Below, piece by piece: positions 21,149-29,029 of a stretch of DNA of 54,627 bases. Origin of the DNA: a virus (lineage: Duplodnaviria; Caudoviricetes). The DNA is taken from the IMG/VR virus record IMGVR_UViG_3300032677_000040, positions 1 to 54,627 of that record, one strand, 5' to 3'. The notes under the pieces were generated by a model. The model did not search any database, was not told the DNA's origin, and saw only the letters and a list, made by a program, of their open reading frames with translations. How positions within the stretch are numbered: position 1 is the stretch's first letter; each line of letters starts with the position of its first letter. The position numbers and the translations under genes were made by a program.

Positions 21149-21442
21149 ATGTGGAACTTTATTTTGGCGCACCAGGTTACTGCGGGAGTAGTGCTGATGT
21201 GGGTAGTGTCCACGGCGATCGGGGCTATGCCGACTCCGAAAGACGGTTCCAGTGGTTTTTACGTGTTCCTGTTTCAGTTCGCGCAGGGCATCGGCGGGGC
21301 AATTCCCAGATTGTTGGCGATCTATGCTCCGACCACACTCAGTAGCCTGACTGGGCAGACGGTCAAAACCACGACGCCTCCGAATCCTCCGATTACTGAG
21401 GCGGCAGAGGAACGAATAGCTACTCCGGTGGCCCCAAAGTGA
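21149..21442 (+). CDS. Membrane protein, holin candidate
   Basis: AGGAGG RBS; two hydrophobic segments and a polar C-terminal tail. Confidence 0.5.
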   Translation: MWNFILAHQVTAGVVLMWVVSTAIGAMPTPKDGSSGFYVFLFQFAQGIGGAIPRLLAIYAPTTLSSLTGQTVKTTTPPNPPITEAAEERIATPVAPK

Positions 21443-21503
21443 CCATTTACTATTTCCGGAACGGGGTTGGAATGCGCCCAATATCTTAGCAAGTGTGAGG
21501 TAA

Positions 21504-22124
21504 ATGATGTGGCTGTGGATTCCGGTGCATACATACTTCTGGTCGCAACTGCTAGTCTTCAGCTTGTTGCTTCTGTCATTCGCTCTGACGTTAATCGACG
21601 TATCAGAAAGTCTGAGGCTGCTCGCGCGGAAAAGGAGCGAATTGAGAGAGATTGGCGTCAGCGGGTGGAGCGAGAACTTAATGAATTTCGGTCAATTTTC
21701 TACAGACTTGAGGAGCCGGTCAAGAGCAAGATGGGAATTGATATTAGGTTGGAAAAATAAATGGCGTGGCCGCACGGTCATAGAGAATTTGGTCTTCGTG
21801 TTTCCTTGCATGTTGGTCATGGTCCTAGCCTCGCTGGTGATCCCGGCAGAACACGCGGCGGTGCTAAATCAGGTCACGACGACCGGGCCTCTGTATCTAC
21901 CTCACATCGAACAGAACATGGACCAGTACCACTTTTACGCCGATCCAGATGGGGACTCTAGCAGGCGCATGTTGCTGACGTTCTGCCAAGACAAGGGATT
22001 CAAGCCAGAGTGGGATGAGGGGCAAACATTGCGCTGGATTCGCTACAAGGCGTGGCCGGACTGCCTTGAACTCATTGGGGTAGCAGGAGAAAGAGATGCA
22101 AACGGGAAGCTAATTCAGCGGTAA
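21504..22124 (+). CDS. Putative membrane protein (two hydrophobic segments plus soluble C-domain); start uncertain
   Basis: GAGG RBS before ATG 21504; 206 aa; 5' part overlaps ORF 21509-21760. Confidence 0.45.
   Translation: MMWLWIPVHTYFWSQLLVFSLLLLSFALTLIDVSESLRLLARKRSELREIGVSGWSENLMNFGQFSTDLRSRSRARWELILGWKNKWRGRTVIENLVFVFPCMLVMVLASLVIPAEHAAVLNQVTTTGPLYLPHIEQNMDQYHFYADPDGDSSRRMLLTFCQDKGFKPEWDEGQTLRWIRYKAWPDCLELIGVAGERDANGKLIQR
21509..21760 (+). CDS. TM helix + coiled-coil protein (lysis-cassette type)
   Basis: GTG 21509 shares the GAGG RBS; AYILLVATASLQLVASVI followed by a charged helical stretch. Confidence 0.5.
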   Translation: MAVDSGAYILLVATASLQLVASVIRSDVNRRIRKSEAARAEKERIERDWRQRVERELNEFRSIFYRLEEPVKSKMGIDIRLEK

Positions 22125-22134
22125 AGGGGGTTTT

Positions 22135-22326
22135 ATGGTGGATCATGAAGGGAATGCAATCACGAACGGGTATCAGGGATTCATCCCGGTAACATTCAAC
22201 ATCGCCAACGACGGTACGGTGTCGATCGTGACTGCGTACAACAATGTTACCCTGTCGGACAATCCGACACAGATTGCCCCGGACACGCACAAGGGTAATC
22301 CGCAGTGGCCAGATTTGCCTTCGTAA
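22135..22326 (+). CDS. Hypothetical protein
   Basis: 63 aa, AAGGGGG RBS. Confidence 0.5.
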   Translation: MVDHEGNAITNGYQGFIPVTFNIANDGTVSIVTAYNNVTLSDNPTQIAPDTHKGNPQWPDLPS

Positions 22327-22544
22327 TGGTTGACCGTCCCAAGTCCCCATGGCCGAGCCCGGACGATGTATTGCACGGGTGGAAACTGCTAAAGGCGAGC
22401 GATGGAGACGGGAGGGTTCACTTGGGCGACAAGTATTGGAAGTTTTCAGAACGCAGGTGGTATGACGTTAGGGATAAAAAGACGTTTCTCGGTGACAGCG
22501 TAGCAACGTCGATGGGCCGATTTATTCGCAGAATCGGGAAGTAA
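22326..22544 (+). CDS. Hypothetical protein
   Basis: TAATG coupling to upstream ORF. Confidence 0.5.
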   Translation: MVDRPKSPWPSPDDVLHGWKLLKASDGDGRVHLGDKYWKFSERRWYDVRDKKTFLGDSVATSMGRFIRRIGK

Positions 22545-22555
22545 AGGGAGGCTGT

Positions 22556-22726
22556 ATGCCAATGTCAATCTTGTTCTGGGTTATCTACATCATTTCGTTG
22601 CTGGTTGGGTTTTGGGGCTATTACGAGCCAACAGGAGCTTGGGTCCGCCGCGCAGGAGGCTATATTGCCCTGTGGGTGTTGGTGGGCATCCTAGGCTGGA
22701 GCGTCTTTGGACCTGCTATCAAGTAG
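22556..22726 (+). CDS. Small two-TM membrane protein (56 aa), holin-like
   Basis: Read manually: MPMSILFWVIYIISLLVGFWGYYEPTGAWVRRAGGYIALWVLVGILGWSVFGPAIK; GGGAGG RBS. Confidence 0.7.
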   Translation: MPMSILFWVIYIISLLVGFWGYYEPTGAWVRRAGGYIALWVLVGILGWSVFGPAIK

Positions 22727-22752
22727 GGTTCTATACGGTACTCTAGCAAACT

Positions 22753-23160
22753 ATGAGCGAACTGGCCCAAGGGTTAACGATCGCTGCGTTCTCAGTAATT
22801 CTCGCCGCGATACTGGCGTTCATCGTCAGGCTGAACGGTCGGATCGACGCTCTGACGGTCAGCACCGCGAAACTGGAAACGCAAATATCTCCCTTTTGGG
22901 CTAGCGTGCAGCTCCAGATTTCAAAGGACCTGCACCATCCGAATCCGCGCTATCACGAGATGGATGACCTACTGGAGAAGTTGGAGGCTCTGACGATCTC
23001 CCCGGAGGAGCGTGAGCGTCTAAAGGCTCTGCTGGTGGAGCGCTCCTCGGATACGCACGAGGACATATCCGAAGACCAGCGCAAAAAAGCCAGTCTCATG
23101 ATTCCGCTGATGGACATGGTGACGGAAGAAGCGAAGCAGAGGGAAGTCCATGAACATTAA
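22753..23160 (+). CDS. N-terminal TM + helical domain protein
   Basis: LTIAAFSVILAAILAFIV followed by a charged helical region. Confidence 0.6.
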   Translation: MSELAQGLTIAAFSVILAAILAFIVRLNGRIDALTVSTAKLETQISPFWASVQLQISKDLHHPNPRYHEMDDLLEKLEALTISPEERERLKALLVERSSDTHEDISEDQRKKASLMIPLMDMVTEEAKQREVHEH

Positions 23161-24070
23161 ACACGCCGTACAGAACGCCATCCCCGGCTGGACCGGTCGG
23201 CTCGCAGCCCACTACATTTCGTACAATGCGAACGGACAAGTACATCGAGATTTACCCTACGCCAACCCAAACGATCCCAAGGTCATTGCCAAACAACTGG
23301 AACTGATTCAGGCGTGTGGATTCGATGTGGTCATATCGACTTGGCAGGGGCCGTGGGCTACAGCCTGCAACCAGAACGCCATGGCCGTTTCGGCGCTCTG
23401 TACTGCGATGGGCCTCCAGTTCGCTCTGTTACTGGACCCGTGGTGTGCCAAGCTCAATTCTCAAGGGCAGGCGACAGCACCGTCGATCAGTAACCTGATT
23501 GCAGCTTTGCAATACTCAACCACTCAGACCATGCTCAAGGCGACGAGCTACGTCCCTGAAAAGTACGTGCTCGATTTCAACACCCTTAACCCTACGACGT
23601 TGACCAACCTGAACGCCCTGACCACGGCCATCCCGGGAGTTGAGTTTCTCGCGCAGAACACCGAGTTTTCGTGGATTGCCTACCCTCCGGCGACGATTAC
23701 CGACTCGGTAGCCAAAAACGCTTGGGCCACTGCAAATTTGCAGGTGCAGAATAAGAACGCTGGGATGAAAGTTCCTGGCGTTTGCATGTCGTTTAACGAT
23801 TCGGGCTTGCCATTGCCTCAAGGAGTTCCCACGCAGGCCGCTTTTGATGCGTCAGGAGGCGTTCGGGACTGGTCTATGAGCGTTTGGCTACCCCCAGCCC
23901 CCAATCGCGTCCTAGGGAGCTTTGGAGGGCAATTCCTCCTGCAGCAGTTGGCGGTTACACCAGCGGCCGCACCCATAATTGCCATAATTACCTGGAACGA
24001 TTACGACGAGGGCACGGCGCTCGAGCCTAAAATCTCTGAATTGCTGGGTGTAAACTGGGCTAGCCTATGA
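23150..24070 (+). CDS. GH99/GH71-like glycoside hydrolase
   Basis: DPKVIAKQLELIQACGFDVVISTW and IITWNDYDEGTALEP resemble the GH99 (S/T)(F/W)NE(W/Y)xEGTxIEP motif. Confidence 0.6.
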   Translation: MNIKHAVQNAIPGWTGRLAAHYISYNANGQVHRDLPYANPNDPKVIAKQLELIQACGFDVVISTWQGPWATACNQNAMAVSALCTAMGLQFALLLDPWCAKLNSQGQATAPSISNLIAALQYSTTQTMLKATSYVPEKYVLDFNTLNPTTLTNLNALTTAIPGVEFLAQNTEFSWIAYPPATITDSVAKNAWATANLQVQNKNAGMKVPGVCMSFNDSGLPLPQGVPTQAAFDASGGVRDWSMSVWLPPAPNRVLGSFGGQFLLQQLAVTPAAAPIIAIITWNDYDEGTALEPKISELLGVNWASL

Positions 24071-24474
24071 TCTTCGTGGTTCAGCGCAGAGTCATCAGTT
24101 CGGTATGCACAATGGGAACGTTGTCGATCGACTGGAAACAGAACTGCTACACCCTTGAGCCCCCCTACGCCGCCGATACGGTCAAGCCTCGAGCCATCCC
24201 CGCGGGAACCTATGATCTAGCCGTCGGATACTCCCCGCACTTCAACCGGCTAATGCCACAGGTTCAGAACGTGCCCGGATTTGAGGGCATACTGATTCAC
24301 TGGGGAAACTATCCGGACGATACTGAAGGCTGTACCATCGTTGGCACCCTCGAGGAAGCGAATTTTGTTGGTCACTCCGTAATAGCCTTTGACGAACTGT
24401 TCAAAGTGATTCAAGATGCAGTTGCATCCGGTCCCCAGGTCATCACGTACCTAGATCCTCCCAAAGGAGCCTAA
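24067..24474 (+). CDS. DUF5675-family protein (putative L,D-peptidase-type endolysin)
   Basis: CYTLEP...AIPAGTY...SPHF...VPGFEGILIHWGNYPDDTEGCTIVG signature. Confidence 0.8.
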   Translation: MIFVVQRRVISSVCTMGTLSIDWKQNCYTLEPPYAADTVKPRAIPAGTYDLAVGYSPHFNRLMPQVQNVPGFEGILIHWGNYPDDTEGCTIVGTLEEANFVGHSVIAFDELFKVIQDAVASGPQVITYLDPPKGA

Positions 24475-24475
24475 A

Positions 24476-24838
24476 ATGGCTAACAAGTTTCTCGGATTTC
24501 TCGAGGCAGTCGGACGAGACCTAAAAAAGGCTCTGCCGTGGATTCAGACGGCAGGAGAAGCCGCAGTTCAGGTATTCCTCCCCGGCGCCAGTGTGCTTTT
24601 TAACCAGACCGTTAACGCGGTCGTAACCGCCGAACAGAGTTATGCCGCCATCGGGCAGCAGGGCAAGACAGGAGTTTCAAAGTTGGCCGCTGTCGTCCAA
24701 CTCATGGGGCCGCTTATTGCTCAAGGGCTGGCAGACGCGGGCAAAGCCAACGATCAGGCCGCGGTCGAAGCATACATTAACGCCATTGTGCTCATCTTGA
24801 ACACTACGCCGGTGAGTACAGCGCCGGCCGCAACTTAA
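24476..24838 (+). CDS. Holin-like protein (LL-H-like)
   Basis: AAGGAG RBS; NAVVTAEQ...GKTGVSKLAAV...IEA-like pattern; follows the endolysin candidate. Confidence 0.45.
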   Translation: MANKFLGFLEAVGRDLKKALPWIQTAGEAAVQVFLPGASVLFNQTVNAVVTAEQSYAAIGQQGKTGVSKLAAVVQLMGPLIAQGLADAGKANDQAAVEAYINAIVLILNTTPVSTAPAAT

Positions 24839-24849
24839 CTTCTCTCCCG

Positions 24850-24888
24850 TCCGGGATGCTGTCTTAGAGGCCAGCGTCCCGGAATTTT
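24850..24888 (+). terminator. Intrinsic terminator
   Basis: TCCGGGATGCTG / CAGCGTCCCGGA 12-bp stem (one G:U) followed by ATTTT. Confidence 0.65.
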
Positions 24889-24898
24889 ACGAGGCTTT

Positions 24899-25360
24899 AT
24901 GAAACGACTCGCACTGCTTCTGCTGTTCGCTCTTACCTGTAGTGGCTTTGGACAAACCCTGAGCCAAGGAACCGTAACCTTCGCCCTCGAAGCCATCGTT
25001 CCCGGCACGACAGATTACATCTACGACTTCACTGTCGCAGGCGGGTTTCCAGAGCAAAAGGGCGGTCACCTCCCAGATGGATTTGGTTACAACGCGGGCA
25101 CGCTGACTCTGGAATACACCCAAGCCCAAGTAGGCAACGCATACAACGTCACAGCCAACTTTGTGGGCTATGCCCAGTCTCCGATGATGGATGACTTCTG
25201 CTCCATCGTCAGCGCTAATCTAACCGACGTAACGCTGACTTCTACGAAGGGCGGGACGCTGACTAATTTCGTGGGAGAGTACGCGCAATTGACGTGCTTA
25301 GAGGACGGGGTTTACTGGTATGGTCCGGGAGGAATCACGATTCACGCGTCTAGGTTTTGA
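24899..25360 (+). CDS. Secreted beta-rich protein (moron-like)
   Basis: GAGG RBS; MKRLALLLLFALTCSGFG|Q; two Cys in the mature part. Confidence 0.7.
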   Translation: MKRLALLLLFALTCSGFGQTLSQGTVTFALEAIVPGTTDYIYDFTVAGGFPEQKGGHLPDGFGYNAGTLTLEYTQAQVGNAYNVTANFVGYAQSPMMDDFCSIVSANLTDVTLTSTKGGTLTNFVGEYAQLTCLEDGVYWYGPGGITIHASRF

Positions 25361-25622
25361 TGGTCAGAAGAGCATGTATCTCCGTTCGCAGTCTCTCCAG
25401 TTCTCGGGATTGCGCCGCCAACGCTATAGACACTAATCGGTGCTCGCGCTGACACATCAAACAAGAACTCCCATTCTCCTGAAATTTGAAATGACCATGA
25501 ACCCCACAAAATGACGGCTTCAATATGTCGGCACGGGCTGTGGCGAGTTCGGCTTCCTTCTCTCGGAGCGCCGATTTAGCCGCCTCAAGGTCGTGTGTAG
25601 CTGCGACCAAATCTCCGAACAT
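25350..25622 (-). CDS. Hypothetical coiled-coil/Zn-finger protein
   Basis: CGVHGH...CLMC; start uncertain, overlaps ORF 25520-25831. Confidence 0.45.
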   Translation of the reverse strand: MFGDLVAATHDLEAAKSALREKEAELATARADILKPSFCGVHGHFKFQENGSSCLMCQREHRLVSIALAAQSRELERLRTEIHALLTIKT

Positions 25623-25831
25623 TTCACTGCATTCGCGAAGTAGTTCCGCATCAATTCGAGCGCTTCTTTCTTTCCCTCGCCTGAGCCGTCTGGCATCCAA
25701 TGGACGCCGTGATGCCGATAGTTTCCGCAGTCGCACACAACGTGACGCAGAACGTCACTCATAAACCTATTCTCTAATTGTTCGGGCGTGGGCATCGTTG
25801 TCTCCTGTGTCTTGGACGGCTTATCGGTCAT
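25520..25831 (-). CDS. Hypothetical protein
   Basis: GGAG RBS, ATGA coupling with upstream gene. Confidence 0.45.
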   Translation of the reverse strand: MTDKPSKTQETTMPTPEQLENRFMSDVLRHVVCDCGNYRHHGVHWMPDGSGEGKKEALELMRNYFANAVKCSEIWSQLHTTLRRLNRRSERRKPNSPQPVPTY

Positions 25832-26478
25832 AGCTTTTCTCCCGTCAATCCGTGGTCGATTCGCCAGACGATTAGGCAAGCGCCCGCTAGATCGTATGGA
25901 TTTGTCAGCGAAGAAACCGCAGTGAGTAGTCCGATATGCTTGGCCAATTTTATGGTCGTCTGCCAGTCGGACGAATACGGTGGGCACATATACGCCTTAC
26001 CGATCTTTCCTATTCGCGGCAACTCAAAATCCTTTGGAAATTTCCCGTCGGGAGTGAGAATGTCACACTCGTTCTGACCGTGAGCATCAGGTCCGACATG
26101 CGTGAGTTTCCAACCGTAGATCGTCTCCGCAATTTCCGCGTCTAGTTCCCGCTCCTTCGGTGTCTCTACTGGGGTAGTGGACTCGCTGGGACGGCTAACA
26201 TTGCACTTCGCGCAATAGCGTCCGAGATAACCGTAACTCGCCTTCGTGCCGCAAACATGACAAACGTCCTTAACCTTTTGGGGCGTCCGGACTGTGGCGC
26301 TTATCACTGCCTGATCACACGGAGGCTTACCGCAATGTTTCCCGGTGTCCACTCCGCATTCGTCGCACGGGCAATCACAATCTCCTACATAGTTAGCACT
26401 CATCAGAATGTCCTGCGCCCTCGTTCTGTATTGAAATCTTTCTCGTCCTTCATGGTCGTAGGCCAGATCGTGGATCAA
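25828..26478 (-). CDS. Cys-rich N-region + phage ABA-sandwich-like domain
   Basis: RELDAEIAETIYGW...PPYSSDW pattern; start uncertain (TTG 26478 or ATG 26403). Confidence 0.55.
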   Translation of the reverse strand: MIHDLAYDHEGRERFQYRTRAQDILMSANYVGDCDCPCDECGVDTGKHCGKPPCDQAVISATVRTPQKVKDVCHVCGTKASYGYLGRYCAKCNVSRPSESTTPVETPKERELDAEIAETIYGWKLTHVGPDAHGQNECDILTPDGKFPKDFELPRIGKIGKAYMCPPYSSDWQTTIKLAKHIGLLTAVSSLTNPYDLAGACLIVWRIDHGLTGEKL

Positions 26479-26696
26479 GCCGAATGCGTCTCGGGGAATA
26501 TCGCTACGAGAAATCTTGTCCTCGTCGTCTCGGGCGTCTGGGCTGTGGCGCTTCCCTTGTGCCCAATCGTGTAAATTTCGCATCCGCAGTCGTAGCACGG
26601 ATATGGCGGCTCAATTTCGTGGCGATCTCGCGGACAGCCGCATACGCATCGTGGGCACTTCTCTTCCCGGCTCGCTTCCTGCTTAACTGGATTCAT
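26475..26696 (-). CDS. Small Cys/His Zn-binding protein
   Basis: CVCGCPRDRH...CYDCGC; ATGA coupling. Confidence 0.6.
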   Translation of the reverse strand: MNPVKQEASREEKCPRCVCGCPRDRHEIEPPYPCYDCGCEIYTIGHKGSATAQTPETTRTRFLVAIFPETHSA

Positions 26697-26929
26697 CGCT
26701 TGATCTCCTCGTCACACTCGCACGATTCCACGATCTTGTGGCCGCACAATTTCTCCCCGACAAATGGAAACAAACTACATTCCAGACGCTTTAATTGGCT
26801 TTCTGAGGGGTGGTAGCCAGATTGGAACCGCTCAAGTACTGCGCTTGCGTCCCGAACTAGGTTCGCAGTTAAGTCATCGACGGCTTCACGATTCATTGGC
26901 GTGCTCGCTTCCTGCTTGGATTCGCTCAT
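26693..26929 (-). CDS. Hypothetical protein
   Basis: GGAGG RBS, ATGA coupling; begins MSESKQEAS. Confidence 0.6.
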   Translation of the reverse strand: MSESKQEASTPMNREAVDDLTANLVRDASAVLERFQSGYHPSESQLKRLECSLFPFVGEKLCGHKIVESCECDEEIKR

Positions 26930-27219
26930 CGCTTGCCTCCGACCTTTCTGACCAAGAATGGTTGAGACGGTGAATCGCCGTCTATCCAACAAACGCTGCG
27001 CCAGTCATCCGTTTCGTGAAAGTGGACCGCCCGATGAATGCCTGTGCTGCCCAACTCAATCAACTCAAATTCCGTAAATGGTGGCGGGAAGTGGAAGTAT
27101 CTCGGCTCTTGCCAGCCCATACGCTTCAGGGCTTCCCACGCGGAGAATATCTTCAGCACTTCCTTAAACTCCGCCGACGTTACTACTGGCTTCGGGGCCT
27201 GCTTGGATTCAGCGCTCAT
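26926..27219 (-). CDS. Hypothetical protein
   Basis: ATGA coupling; begins MSAESKQA; AWEALKRMGWQE...ELGSTGIH. Confidence 0.6.
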   Translation of the reverse strand: MSAESKQAPKPVVTSAEFKEVLKIFSAWEALKRMGWQEPRYFHFPPPFTEFELIELGSTGIHRAVHFHETDDWRSVCWIDGDSPSQPFLVRKVGGKR

Positions 27220-27416
27220 CTCCCTGACCCTCCCCTTGGACGTCCGTATTTGTTGCGCGGAATCATGATGTAATCCCGCATCCAGTGCTCCCTGCGTCCC
27301 AGTTCTCCACTTCGCAGTCCAAGCGTGTATTCTGCGGCCATGAGCCAATTCGCCCCTCGTTTATCGTAGAAGGCAATTAGTTCGCGAACCTCCTGTATCC
27401 GCTCCTCGTCGCTCAT
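27216..27416 (-). CDS. Hypothetical protein
   Basis: 66 aa, AGGAGG RBS. Confidence 0.55.
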   Translation of the reverse strand: MSDEERIQEVRELIAFYDKRGANWLMAAEYTLGLRSGELGRREHWMRDYIMIPRNKYGRPRGGSGR

Positions 27417-27481
27417 GCTCTCACCCTCCTTGCGGTAACTGCTGTGTAGATTAAAAGGATTGCTCCCCCTTCAGTAAGCGC

Positions 27482-27934
27482 TCAGAACTTGCCTTCTGCG
27501 ACTTGGAACACTCGCAGCCCTCTAGCGCGGTACATGTCCACGACTTGCTGGCGATCCTCGAAGATGCCTGCAATTTGAAAGTGTTTCGGTACTCCCCACT
27601 CTACGATCAGTTGGTCGAGAAGTTCTGATTTAACGACCCAGTCCTCGCGGTGATCGCCTGCCTTTCGCATGAAAATCTTCCGCCCCGGCGCTGGGAATTT
27701 ATGCTTTCCTATCCACGCCATCGTCTGTTCCCTGCATTCGTCGCTACGTCCGCTAACGAGGACCGTTTCGTTCTTATCAGCAATGATCCGCGCCAACGAG
27801 AACATGTCGTGAATCGGTTCGTCATCTCCGCAGGCCGCGAAAAACGCAGGCCAATCCGAAGGCTTCTGTTGAATGAAATGTAGACGGTGCTCCAAGTTGG
27901 CGATCGTCCCGTCAATGTCGAATATGTAGATCAT
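27482..27934 (-). CDS. HAD phosphatase (polynucleotide kinase 3'-phosphatase-like)
   Basis: FDIDGT motif I, VSGR, MRKAGDHRED..VK, FEDRQQVVDMYR..GLRVFQVAEG. Confidence 0.88.
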   Translation of the reverse strand: MIYIFDIDGTIANLEHRLHFIQQKPSDWPAFFAACGDDEPIHDMFSLARIIADKNETVLVSGRSDECREQTMAWIGKHKFPAPGRKIFMRKAGDHREDWVVKSELLDQLIVEWGVPKHFQIAGIFEDRQQVVDMYRARGLRVFQVAEGKF

Positions 27935-27997
27935 CTAAGCTCCCTTCAGTACCCCGTAGAACGAAATGCTCGATAACTTCTTACGCGATATAAAGTC

Positions 27998-28714
27998 TCA
28001 CTTGTAGAAGTTGGGCACTATCTCTGCGATGATTTCTCGCTTTAGGCTTGCGAATTTGCTTTCGTCCACGTTCACTACTGGCGGGTAAAGAGCTACCACC
28101 CAGAGACGTTCACCTTTCCATTTCTCCGGAGTTAGGGTTGCGTGCAAGGCTGATTTGGTGCACGGAACAAGCGTGCACTCCAATTCCTCGACCGTCCCAA
28201 CTTTTCGACTCTCACCGCCCCCGCCATTGCTCGGCTTGCCGTTCTTGTCTGAGCGCCAGAAGGCAAGAACTCCACCATCTGCTTTGATTTTGGGTGCACG
28301 ATCGCCAGCCGCGCTGTCTGCGACGGCTTGGAGATACTCCATCGAAATAGACCCGGACCCGTACCCGGACCCGTCCCCGTACCCGGACCCGTACCCGTCC
28401 CCGGACCCGTCCCCGTACCCGTACCCGGACCCGTCCCCGGACCCGTCCCCGTACCCGGACCCGGACCCGTACCCGTACCCGTACCCGTCCCCGGACCCGT
28501 ACCCGGACCCGTACCCGGACCCGTACCCGTACCCGGACCCGGACCCGTACCCGGACCCGTACCCGGACCCGTCCCCGTACCCGTACCCGGACCCGTCCCC
28601 GGACCCGTCCCCGTACCCGGACCCGGACCCGTACCCGTCCCCGTACCCGGACCCGTCCCCGTCCCCGGACCCGTACAATTTTATATTTTTAACAGAACCG
28701 TAAATTACCGCCAC
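27998..28714 (-). CDS. Gly-Ser/Tyr/Asp repeat protein with globular C-terminal domain
   Basis: About 100 aa of (G-[S/Y/D])n then a non-repetitive domain; follows the DUF6948-like gene. Confidence 0.7.
   Translation of the reverse strand: MAVIYGSVKNIKLYGSGDGDGSGYGDGYGSGSGYGDGSGDGSGYGYGDGSGYGSGYGSGSGYGYGSGYGSGYGSGDGYGYGYGSGSGYGDGSGDGSGYGYGDGSGDGYGSGYGDGSGYGSGSISMEYLQAVADSAAGDRAPKIKADGGVLAFWRSDKNGKPSNGGGGESRKVGTVEELECTLVPCTKSALHATLTPEKWKGERLWVVALYPPVVNVDESKFASLKREIIAEIVPNFYK
28351..28676. repeat. Hexamer tandem coding repeat (ACCCGG/ACCCGT/CCCCGG/CCCCGT)
   Basis: Directly visible; encodes GS/GY/GD dipeptides on the minus strand. Confidence 0.95.
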
Positions 28715-28992
28715 GGTCCACCTTCCCAATTCTCGGCGGCCTCTGGTGTGACTTCGATCACCGCTGTGATTTTGTTGAGTGTGACGCTCGGAACCGCAGG
28801 ACCAATCTTGCAATCCTTCGACGGACCCGTAGCGGCCAGCCCCATGAATCCTCTCACATCTTGGGACCAGTAGACGCAGTTTCTTGCCCTTTTGATCGTT
28901 ATGGAGCCATCAGCGGGAGGCTCATCCATGTACCCGAAAAACACGCCGCGAAATTCAGTGGTGACCACGACTGCACGTTCTTTAGCTTTCAT
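28705..28992 (-). CDS. DUF6948-like protein
   Basis: VVVTTEFRGVFFGY...ARNCVYWS...GLAATGP...VIEVTPEA signature. Confidence 0.7.
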   Translation of the reverse strand: MKAKERAVVVTTEFRGVFFGYMDEPPADGSITIKRARNCVYWSQDVRGFMGLAATGPSKDCKIGPAVPSVTLNKITAVIEVTPEAAENWEGGPWR

Positions 28993-29029
28993 AAACTCTC
29001 CAGAATCTTTAATGCCTCTTCCGTGGTTT

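Noticed and set aside
24899-24955. Lipoprotein o-spanin
   Set aside because: ALTC is not a canonical lipobox and FG|Q fits a signal peptidase I site; protein is larger and beta-rich
28155-28873. Plus-strand PDPY/PGPV ORFs, and similarly the PDRS/SGIR ORFs at 31938-32727
   Set aside because: Shadow frames of stop-free tandem repeats; the minus-strand frames have RBS, operon context and family motifs
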